Source of the DNA: an uncultured Bacteroidales bacterium
GTDB lineage: Bacteria > Bacteroidota > Bacteroidia > Bacteroidales > UBA10428
Reading direction: 5' to 3'
NCBI GenBank assembly: GCA_964461435.1
Contig: CAYWUI010000007.1
Coordinates: forward strand, 7,008-71,007
DNA length: 64,000 nucleotides
Translations under genes and position numbers: made by a program
Part shown: in pieces, positions 48,994 through 57,326 of the stretch
Layout: each line of letters starts with the position of its first letter
Position numbering within the stretch: the first letter of the stretch is position 1
The notes under the pieces: generated by a model
Database searches by the model: none
Told to the model about the DNA's origin: nothing
What the model saw: only the letters and a program-made list of their open reading frames with translations

Positions 48994-51900
48994 ATGAAAA
49001 AAATTACAAGTTTTTTTGTATGCTGGGTATTTATTGGCTTTGGTGTCATATTCGCCCAGGACATACAAATATCTGGAAAAGTCACCGGTGCGGATGACGG
49101 CAGTTCCCTGCCGGGTGTATCTGTATTTGTAAAAGGTACATCCATAGGAACAGCTACTGACGTAAATGGTGATTATTCTTTAACAGTTCCTCCGGACGCA
49201 ACTCTTGTGTTTAGTTCAGTTGGAATGAAAACACAGGAGATACAAGTCGCCGGACAGACTGTTATTGATGTTAGCTTGGAAACAGAGGTACTTGGTTTGG
49301 AAGAGGTAATAGTCACGGCTATAGGTATTTCGAGGGCAGAAAGAGCCCTGGGATACTCGGTAGCCACGATATCATCTGACGAAACCCTCCAGAAATCAGA
49401 ACCTGACTTGCTGAAATCACTTGAGGGTAAAATACCCGGAGTGGATATCAGAAGTACCAGTGGTGCACCGGGTTCTGCTACCCGTATCACTATCAGGGGT
49501 AATTCATCATTCCTGGGTGATAACCAGCCGCTGTTTGTTGTAGATGGCATTCCTTACAGCAATGACCAGTATACTACAACAAGCCAGAGCAGTGGTGGTG
49601 GAGCTTATGGTACCAGTCTTTCAACACTTGACCCGAACGACATTGCCTCGGTATCGGTATTAAAGGGAGCCCCTGCTGCCGCCCTGTACGGATCAAGGGC
49701 TAAAAACGGGGTAGTTGTTATTACTACAAAATCAAGAAGCATAAATCCTTCGAAAAAAGGACTTGAGGTTACGGTATCAAGCTCCGTTAACTGGGAGCAA
49801 ATATCAAACCTGCCGGAATACCAGAACACATACGGCAATGGCACTGATTTCGTTTATGCCAATGCCAATGGTTCATGGGGCCCGAGGTTCGATTCACGTG
49901 ATTCGATAGAAACATGGCCTATGTACAAAGATGCTTTCCCTGATATGTTTGGTGACAGTGTGGCATGGAAAGCATATCCCGATAACGTTAAAAATCTTTT
50001 TAAAACCGGACTGGTATACGAAAACTCGGTTAATATTGCAGGAGGAGATGAAAAATCTGCGTTTAACCTGACTGCTTCCGCATTAAACAATGACGGTTAT
50101 ATTCCTCACTCAAGCTTTGACAGGTATAGCATAAGCCTTGGCGGTAGCACGCTGCTGGCAAATAAGTTAAGGGCCGGCGGTACTTTCAGCTATACCACCA
50201 GCCAGCAATCAGGAGGTATATTTGGTAATAACCAGGCTGATGATGACAATGCCGCTTCCTCATTTGCCCGCGCGTTGTGGCTGGGCAGGGCATGGGACTA
50301 CAGCCTTCCCTATACCGATCCTGTCACAGGAGGACCCATACAGCATAACGGGCCGGGACAGTTTGACAACCCTATGTGGTCATGGGAACACAACAAGGTT
50401 ATCACTGACATGGACAGGATTGTAGGTACAATAAACCTGTCATATAACTTCACAGACTGGCTGAATGCCAGCTATGAGATTGGAGTAAACACTTTTATTC
50501 AGAGAAGGCAACAGATAATAGATAAAGAATCAAGAGGATACCAGGGACTGGGTGCTATTATTGATGACGATGTATGGCAGCAGGAAATAGAATCGAACTT
50601 CCTGTTAACCTTTAACAAGCAGTTTGGTTCAGGCATAGATTTCAAAGCCATACTGGGTCACAATGTAAACCAGCAGACACTTGACGAGCAGGCCTTCAGG
50701 GGTATACAAATTGTTACTCCCGGTATTTATGACCTTGACAATACAAACAGCGTAATCCCCTTTGGCGGTTTATACCAGCGCCAAAGATTGGTGGGAGCCT
50801 TTGCAGATGTGACAGTAGGTTATAAGAATTTCCTTTACCTGAACTTGACAGGAAGAAATGACTGGTCATCAACATTACCTGTTGATAACAGATCTTATTT
50901 CTATCCTGCTGCTTCAGCCTCATTTATGTTTTCAGAGCTGCTTAATGTTGATGAAAGTATATTGAGCATTGGAAAAATAAGGGTTGGCTGGGGTAAGGTA
51001 GGTATGGATGCCGATCCTTACAGTATTTATACAACATACATTGGTAAAGCTTCAGAATTTACTAATGATAAATATAACTATAAATACGCTGCATTCCCGT
51101 TTCTCGGACAGGCTGGCATGACCACACCTGATGAAGGTAATGACCCTGAACTTAAACCGGAGTTCAAAACAGAATTTGAAGCCGGGACCAACCTGGGTTT
51201 CATTAATAACAGGATTAACATAGACTTTACCTATTATTCAAATAATTCCAAGGATATGATATTCCCGGTTAATGTGCCGGCATCATCAGGCTACACTTCA
51301 CAATGGACAAACGTAGGGGAAATGACAAACAAAGGTGTTGACATCGGACTCGAATTAATACCTATAAAGACTGCCAGCGGCTTTACATGGAACATATACT
51401 CGACGTTTACAAAAAATATTAGTGAAGTTGTGGATGTAATTGAAGGAGAACCTCAGGAAGGTGAAGTGGAAAGGGCAGTACTGTACGGATTGTTTGGTGA
51501 TCCCAGTATTGTTGCAGAAGTCGGACAGCCTTACGGTGTGTTCCTTGGTGAAGTTAACGTAAGGGACGATGCAGGTAACCTGCTTATAAATCCGGGTAAC
51601 GGATTTCTCATCAGGTCAAGAACACAGGAAATATACGGAGATCCCAATCCCGATTACAAACTCAGTGCTATAAGTACTTTCTCATTCAAGGGATTTTCTT
51701 TACGTGCCCTTATAGATTACACCAAGGGAGGTGATGTGTATTCTTATTCTATTACCACCTTGCTGGCTAGAGGTGTTACCAAGGATACCGAGGACAGAGA
51801 ACATAGCTTCGTAATTCCCGGATATTATGGTGACCCGAACACCGAAGAACCACTGCTGGATGCCGAAGGTAACGAGATACCGAACATAACCCAGGTTAGT

Positions 51901-52221
51901 ATGAACGACCTTTACTTTGGAGAGACTTTTGCAATTAACTCTGCAGGTGAATGGAATGTATATGATGCAACAGTATTAAGATTAAGGGAAATTGCATTTG
52001 GATATGACCTGCCAAAGAAGCTTCTGAGCAAGACACCTTTCGGTATGATTAACATTAGCTTTACAGGCAGGAATCTGTGGTTCTATGCTCCGAATATGCC
52101 CGAGTACACCAATTTCGATCCTGAAGTTAATGCCTACGGAGCTACTAATGTTCAAGGTGTTGAATATACTATTGCACCCTCAGTGAAAAGATACGGTGTT
52201 AATCTTAAGTTTACTTTCTAA
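48994..52221 (+). CDS. SusC/RagA-family TonB-dependent outer-membrane transporter
   Basis: 1075 aa. After the signal peptide comes a carboxypeptidase-regulatory-like domain (ISGKVTGADDGSSLPGVSVFVKGTSIGTATDVNGDYSL). Then come the plug (EEVIVTAIGISRAERALGYSV) and a barrel ending ...RYGVNLKFTF. There is no STN/anti-sigma signalling domain. Confidence 0.95.
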   Translation: MKKITSFFVCWVFIGFGVIFAQDIQISGKVTGADDGSSLPGVSVFVKGTSIGTATDVNGDYSLTVPPDATLVFSSVGMKTQEIQVAGQTVIDVSLETEVLGLEEVIVTAIGISRAERALGYSVATISSDETLQKSEPDLLKSLEGKIPGVDIRSTSGAPGSATRITIRGNSSFLGDNQPLFVVDGIPYSNDQYTTTSQSSGGGAYGTSLSTLDPNDIASVSVLKGAPAAALYGSRAKNGVVVITTKSRSINPSKKGLEVTVSSSVNWEQISNLPEYQNTYGNGTDFVYANANGSWGPRFDSRDSIETWPMYKDAFPDMFGDSVAWKAYPDNVKNLFKTGLVYENSVNIAGGDEKSAFNLTASALNNDGYIPHSSFDRYSISLGGSTLLANKLRAGGTFSYTTSQQSGGIFGNNQADDDNAASSFARALWLGRAWDYSLPYTDPVTGGPIQHNGPGQFDNPMWSWEHNKVITDMDRIVGTINLSYNFTDWLNASYEIGVNTFIQRRQQIIDKESRGYQGLGAIIDDDVWQQEIESNFLLTFNKQFGSGIDFKAILGHNVNQQTLDEQAFRGIQIVTPGIYDLDNTNSVIPFGGLYQRQRLVGAFADVTVGYKNFLYLNLTGRNDWSSTLPVDNRSYFYPAASASFMFSELLNVDESILSIGKIRVGWGKVGMDADPYSIYTTYIGKASEFTNDKYNYKYAAFPFLGQAGMTTPDEGNDPELKPEFKTEFEAGTNLGFINNRINIDFTYYSNNSKDMIFPVNVPASSGYTSQWTNVGEMTNKGVDIGLELIPIKTASGFTWNIYSTFTKNISEVVDVIEGEPQEGEVERAVLYGLFGDPSIVAEVGQPYGVFLGEVNVRDDAGNLLINPGNGFLIRSRTQEIYGDPNPDYKLSAISTFSFKGFSLRALIDYTKGGDVYSYSITTLLARGVTKDTEDREHSFVIPGYYGDPNTEEPLLDAEGNEIPNITQVSMNDLYFGETFAINSAGEWNVYDATVLRLREIAFGYDLPKKLLSKTPFGMINISFTGRNLWFYAPNMPEYTNFDPEVNAYGATNVQGVEYTIAPSVKRYGVNLKFTF

Positions 52222-52246
52222 CTAAATAACAATAAATATTATAGCT

Positions 52247-53884
52247 ATGAAAAAAATAAAAATCTTTCTGCTAGCAACATTAATAGTATTATTAGCAGGG
52301 TGTGAAGATTTTCTCGATATAAATCATGATCCTAACAGGCCCTCGGAACCTGCAATAGATCAGTTACTCCCAGGAATAATGTATGACATTGCAGATGATT
52401 TATGTATCGGATATGGCAGAATAGGTTATGCCTGTGCAGTATATGTACATCAGCTGACAACAAGGCAACCCGAATATGATGATTATAACATTTCAGGGTC
52501 TTCGTATGCCGTTGACCAGTACTGGGAAGACTTATATGCCGGTCCGGCAGAAGATCTTGCATTATTAATACAGATGGGAGAAGAAAGTGATAACCTCATA
52601 TATGCCGGTATTGGGAAGATAATGAAAGCATATTTGTTCAGCCAGATGGTTGACCTGTGGGGAGATATACCTTATACCGAAGCAAATACCATGGGTATTA
52701 CCGAACCGGCTTTTGATAATGACGAAGATATATATACGGCATTGTTTGCTTTAATCGACGCAGGTATTGCAGACATTAACAATACTGATGCTGAAAATAT
52801 ACTTGTTCCCGGCGATGACGATTTGATTTATGGCGGCGACACCGAAAAATGGATAAAAATGGCCAATACGCTGAAACTTAAAATGTACAACCAGGTAAGG
52901 CTCGTTTCCATGTACAACCAGGCAGCAGTGGATAATTTGCTGGCAGGCGACCTGATTGGTCCCGCCGGTGATGATTTCATGCTTCCTTTTGGTACTTCGG
53001 TGGCACCTGAAAACCGTCATCCTGCATTTGTTTCAGAATACGGGGGATCACAGATAAGCAGTTATTTAAGCCCCTGGTTTTTTGAAATATTAAGCGGCTT
53101 AAATGCAAATATTCATACGGGAATTGTTGATCCCAGGATACCTTACTACTGGTGTAACCAGCTGGCCGGAGGCGCACCTGAAAATCCGCCTGAATACAAA
53201 GATGGCGACTTCAACACGATCTATTTCGGATCTACAGGTCCGAACCGTGACCATGCAGGACGTGCAAGTTTCACAATGATAGGAATATACCTCTGTGGCG
53301 GTAAATATGATGACGGCAGCGGCGGCGGCCCTCTTGGTTCTACTGACGGAACCGGTGCTGCGCCCGAAAGATTTATTACTTATGCCGACGAGTTATATAT
53401 CGAGGCCGAACTTATGCAGGCAGGATTAGTAGCAGGCGATGCCAGGGCAAAGCTGGAAAAAGCAATATATGCTTCGTTTGCCCAGGTAGATATGGTTGTT
53501 GATATGGTAGGCTCTGCCCAGGATGTCCCCGTTCTTTCGGGATCCGGAGCAGATACGGTTTATGTTACGCAGGTGCTTGCAGAGTATGATGCAGGTGATG
53601 CTGAAAAGAAAATGGAGATTGTCATGACACAGAAGTGGATCTCTGCCTGGGGTAATCCAGTGGATCAGTATACCGATTACAGAAGAACAGGATATCCCGT
53701 GATGTTTGATGCTAATTCAAACGGAGGCATCCAGTATGAAGGTCCTGACGGCACTGCTCCTGTCCCGACACAGGAAACAAGAGCCTATCCGATATCATTT
53801 CCATATGATAAGGATGAAGTTATCCTTAATGATAACTGCACTCAGAAAATTGTTTCTCAGTCTCCTGTATTCTGGGATAATTAA
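52247..53884 (+). CDS. SusD/RagB-family nutrient-binding lipoprotein
   Basis: 545 aa. Lipobox LLAGCEDFLDINHDPNRP is the typical SusD start. It sits immediately downstream of SusC. Confidence 0.93.
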   Translation: MKKIKIFLLATLIVLLAGCEDFLDINHDPNRPSEPAIDQLLPGIMYDIADDLCIGYGRIGYACAVYVHQLTTRQPEYDDYNISGSSYAVDQYWEDLYAGPAEDLALLIQMGEESDNLIYAGIGKIMKAYLFSQMVDLWGDIPYTEANTMGITEPAFDNDEDIYTALFALIDAGIADINNTDAENILVPGDDDLIYGGDTEKWIKMANTLKLKMYNQVRLVSMYNQAAVDNLLAGDLIGPAGDDFMLPFGTSVAPENRHPAFVSEYGGSQISSYLSPWFFEILSGLNANIHTGIVDPRIPYYWCNQLAGGAPENPPEYKDGDFNTIYFGSTGPNRDHAGRASFTMIGIYLCGGKYDDGSGGGPLGSTDGTGAAPERFITYADELYIEAELMQAGLVAGDARAKLEKAIYASFAQVDMVVDMVGSAQDVPVLSGSGADTVYVTQVLAEYDAGDAEKKMEIVMTQKWISAWGNPVDQYTDYRRTGYPVMFDANSNGGIQYEGPDGTAPVPTQETRAYPISFPYDKDEVILNDNCTQKIVSQSPVFWDN

Positions 53885-53915
53885 TATTATTAGTTAAAAA
53901 ATAAATTTTAAAAAC

Positions 53916-54812
53916 ATGAAGAAACTTATTTATATAATATTTGTACTGATTATCGGCTTGCTTACAACCTGTAATAAAGAGCCGGACCTCAGAATGCCAG
54001 ATGTACAGGATGCAACTTCTGCTTATCTGAAAGCGACAGAGAACTCTTCGATCTCTATAGATCTGTACGATTTAGCCGGATTTACTTTTGAGGCTACAGT
54101 CGATATTTTATTCGACGATCCCTTTCAAAAACTCGCTGTGGTTGTTGTATTTGACGGGGATTTTGCTAGCCAGTATGTGCTGACAGATAACATTACATCT
54201 GTTCCCCAGACAGTATCATATTCGATTGATGATATTGTCGCTGCTGTTGACGAATTGGATGCTGCCACTGATATAGTTGCAGGTGATGAATTCGTTTTCT
54301 TTGTAAATACAACACTTGAAGACGGATCTCTTTTACCCGGCTACACTGATAACGGTGATATAGCTTTTAGTTCAACTTTAGCTAATGCGTTGACCGGTCT
54401 GAAAGGTGCTACGTTTGATATATCCATTCCTGTTCCATGTCCTTTCAGTATAGATGACTGGCCGGGAACATATGACTTCTTTGATGTTCTCTATCCGTCG
54501 GAAAATACGACATGCGAAATAACTCTGGATACGGAAGTTGAAAACGGACTGATAGTTGATGGTATCTGGGGACTCAGCGTCGGAGCTGTTCCTTTCAAAA
54601 TTGTTCTTCATCCGGCCGACTTCTCGGTTAGCCATGAAGAACAACAAATAGGACAGGATATGTGGGGAAATGGCCCAGGTACTGCATCCAGCAGTGCAGA
54701 AAAAGGTGCAGGTACGTTCAACACGTGTACATTTACAATAAACCTGTTTCCTTATATATGTGTTGATGCAGGGTGTTTTGGAACACTTCCGATAATTCTT
54801 GTAAAACAATAA
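53916..54812 (+). CDS. Acidic surface lipoprotein in the SusE/F position (function unknown)
   Basis: 298 aa. Lipobox IGLLTTC. It is very D/E-rich and beta-rich, with several Cys in the C-terminal third. The call rests on position alone. Confidence 0.6.
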   Translation: MKKLIYIIFVLIIGLLTTCNKEPDLRMPDVQDATSAYLKATENSSISIDLYDLAGFTFEATVDILFDDPFQKLAVVVVFDGDFASQYVLTDNITSVPQTVSYSIDDIVAAVDELDAATDIVAGDEFVFFVNTTLEDGSLLPGYTDNGDIAFSSTLANALTGLKGATFDISIPVPCPFSIDDWPGTYDFFDVLYPSENTTCEITLDTEVENGLIVDGIWGLSVGAVPFKIVLHPADFSVSHEEQQIGQDMWGNGPGTASSSAEKGAGTFNTCTFTINLFPYICVDAGCFGTLPIILVKQ

Positions 54813-54834
54813 TTGACTCAACAATAACTTAAAA

Positions 54835-54858
54835 AGCGAACCGGGAGGTTCGCTTTTT
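54835..54858 (+). terminator. Rho-independent terminator after the SusC/SusD/lipoprotein unit
   Basis: AGCGAACC (54835-54842) pairs with GGTTCGCT (54847-54854) across a GGGA loop. TTTT follows, and an A-run precedes the stem, so it could act in both directions. Confidence 0.75.
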
Positions 54859-54905
54859 AAGTATATAAGAATAATCTATTTACCACTATAATTCAACTAT
54901 TGGCA

Positions 54906-57299
54906 ATGAACCGGGCAGTAGTGACTTTTATATTACTGATTTTGTTAACCGGCATACGGAATTTAAACGGGCAGGGAAGCGGTTCTATTGAATCATACCT
55001 GCCGCCTGTTAAGGTTATTGAATCAAACGGACCTGAGCCCGGTTATTTCTTTATCTCTTCAAGAGTGCTTAATACAGCTTCTGCAAAACATTTTGTCGCT
55101 ATAGTTGATAATTACGGCACTCCCGTGTATTACAGGAGAATCTACCTCGGGAACGGCGGCTTTCGCCTGCAAAAAAACGGATATCTTACATACCGTCCCA
55201 ATTTTACGGGCTTCGGCTATTTTGTTCTTGACAGTTCGTTTAACCGTATCGATACTCTGTACATGACTGGCTATGATGCTAACCAGCATGATTTTAAAAT
55301 ATCCCAAAACGGACATGCACTGTTTATTGGAAATTACTACAGAAGCGTTGATATGAGCCAGGTCGTCGAGGGTGGCAATCCGAACGCCACTGCCATAGAA
55401 CTGGTTATCCAGGAGTTTGACAGCCTCCAGAACCTCGTTTTTGAGTGGAGAAGCTGGGAGCATTTTGATATTCTTGATGCCAATGCTGCTTCCGTTAACT
55501 TTACTTCTTCAATTATTGACTATGTTCACCCCAACGGTATTGAATTTGATTCCGATACAAGCATACTTCTCTCATCACGGCATCTTGACGAGATAACAAA
55601 AATTGACAGGAGAACCGGTGATATTATATGGAGGCTCGGGGGGAAAAAAAACCAGTTTACTTTTATAAACGATACCATAGGCTTTTCTCAACAGCATAGC
55701 ATTATTAAACTTGATAACGGCAATATACTGCTTTTTGATAATGGCAATTATCATACACCGCAGCTTTCCAGTGCTGTTGAATACACGATTAATGAAGATT
55801 CAATGACTGCAACCCTTGTTAAAAGGTACCGCCCCGATTTTGATATATATGCATTTTTTGGATGCAACGCGCAAAAACTGCAGGGGGGCAATATATTACT
55901 CGGACTCGGGGAGACCGCTCCTTCCCTTATTGAGCTCCGTCCCGATAATTCTGTTGCGCTAATAATGGACTTTTCAGATTATGCATCATCCCTCCTTATA
56001 ACCAAACATCCGTGGAAAACAAATTTGTTCACTACAAATACCGATACTGTTATATTCCCGAAATATGAGTATATGACATATTACTACCAGTTAAAGCTAT
56101 TCAATAAATCGGATAATCCCATTAATATTACGGGGTATTCAAATCATACATCATCTTTTTATATAGATGAAGATTTTCCCTTTACTATTCCTCCAAATAG
56201 TGATACAATTATTAATGTAGCATTCAATCCGGTTACTGAAGGTTATGTTGAAGACGTACTGACAATTAATTCCGACATAGTAAGCGACACACTCATACAG
56301 CGAATTGCACAGCAGGTATTCCTTTCAGGTACAAGCGACGATTTCAATCCCCCGGTGGCGAATATATCCCCTTCGGATGAAGGCGCTGTACTCCTGGACA
56401 CAAAAGTATATATTGAGTTTGACGAACCGGTCAGATTTGTTGATAATTCCAGGATTGACTATACAAATATTAAAACTCTGCTGACTTTTAAAAAGACCGA
56501 TGCCCAGGGTGAGGATGTCGATTTTATTGTTACTGTGAGTACCGACAAAAGATTGATAACCCTGAAGCCCACATCATACCTTGAAGAAGAACAGGCATAT
56601 TATGTGTCTGTGGCAACCGGACTGGAAGATTACTCCGACAATGCGGCTGATGCATTCAGTGCCAGCTTTACAACAAAAGAGATACAGCCTCCGCAAATAC
56701 AAATTTTTCCCGGGGATGGATCCACAGATGTCCCAACAATACTGGAGGCCACGGCTAGCTTTAATGAACCGGTAAGATTAACTGACAACCGGGATATTGA
56801 TGATACAAACGTTGACTCGTTAATTACCTTTAAAGAATCATCAGGCCATATGAGCCACGTTGCTTTCGATGCAACGATAAATACGGGGAAGACTGAAATT
56901 ACTATTGTTCCTGATTCAGAATTAAAACCTTATACGGACTATGTAATAATAGTCAGAGATATTGAAGATTACAGTAATAATACCCTGCCTGGCAATATTG
57001 CCAAGTCATATTTTACAACAGGTGCATCCACACTTACACCGGTTATATCATTAAAGTCAGATTCCCGGTATATTATATACCCTAATCCGTGCAATGAAAA
57101 ATTTGTCATCGATTTTGGCAGCGGGGGAACAAGGATAATAAAAGTGTACAACTTTTCAGGAGATGTAATCTTTCGTGAAATGTCTGACAGTATGGTACAA
57201 ACGGTTGATTTGCGCGGTTTGCCCCCGGGCATATATTTTGTTGAAATAATTCAGACCGGTATCCCGGGAAAGACCTTGTTAAAAGTCATTAATAAATAG
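54906..57299 (+). CDS. Arylsulfotransferase (ASST)-family beta-propeller protein + PapD/HYDIN-like Ig domain + two SbsA-type Ig domains + T9SS C-terminal sorting domain
   Basis: ATG 54906 is 2 codons inside the TTG-started ORF at 54900. ASST-like motifs are NQHDF, IDYVHPNGIEFDSDTSILLSSRHLDEITKIDRRTGDIIWRLGG and QQHS...DNGN. Two repeats follow of the P.DG...V....I.I.F.EPV.......I........D form. The tail IIYPNPCNEKFVIDF...PPGIYFVEII...LKVINK matches the Por_Secre_tail pattern. Confidence 0.8.
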   Translation: MNRAVVTFILLILLTGIRNLNGQGSGSIESYLPPVKVIESNGPEPGYFFISSRVLNTASAKHFVAIVDNYGTPVYYRRIYLGNGGFRLQKNGYLTYRPNFTGFGYFVLDSSFNRIDTLYMTGYDANQHDFKISQNGHALFIGNYYRSVDMSQVVEGGNPNATAIELVIQEFDSLQNLVFEWRSWEHFDILDANAASVNFTSSIIDYVHPNGIEFDSDTSILLSSRHLDEITKIDRRTGDIIWRLGGKKNQFTFINDTIGFSQQHSIIKLDNGNILLFDNGNYHTPQLSSAVEYTINEDSMTATLVKRYRPDFDIYAFFGCNAQKLQGGNILLGLGETAPSLIELRPDNSVALIMDFSDYASSLLITKHPWKTNLFTTNTDTVIFPKYEYMTYYYQLKLFNKSDNPINITGYSNHTSSFYIDEDFPFTIPPNSDTIINVAFNPVTEGYVEDVLTINSDIVSDTLIQRIAQQVFLSGTSDDFNPPVANISPSDEGAVLLDTKVYIEFDEPVRFVDNSRIDYTNIKTLLTFKKTDAQGEDVDFIVTVSTDKRLITLKPTSYLEEEQAYYVSVATGLEDYSDNAADAFSASFTTKEIQPPQIQIFPGDGSTDVPTILEATASFNEPVRLTDNRDIDDTNVDSLITFKESSGHMSHVAFDATINTGKTEITIVPDSELKPYTDYVIIVRDIEDYSNNTLPGNIAKSYFTTGASTLTPVISLKSDSRYIIYPNPCNEKFVIDFGSGGTRIIKVYNFSGDVIFREMSDSMVQTVDLRGLPPGIYFVEIIQTGIPGKTLLKVINK

Positions 57300-57326
57300 A
57301 GTATCTTAACTGAAATATTAGCTATT

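Noticed and set aside
54378-55463. 148-aa and 134-aa minus-strand ORFs opposite the acidic lipoprotein and ASST gene 1
   Set aside because: They are shadow ORFs. The plus-strand genes have lipobox or signal sequences and domain motifs, and the antisense translations have none.
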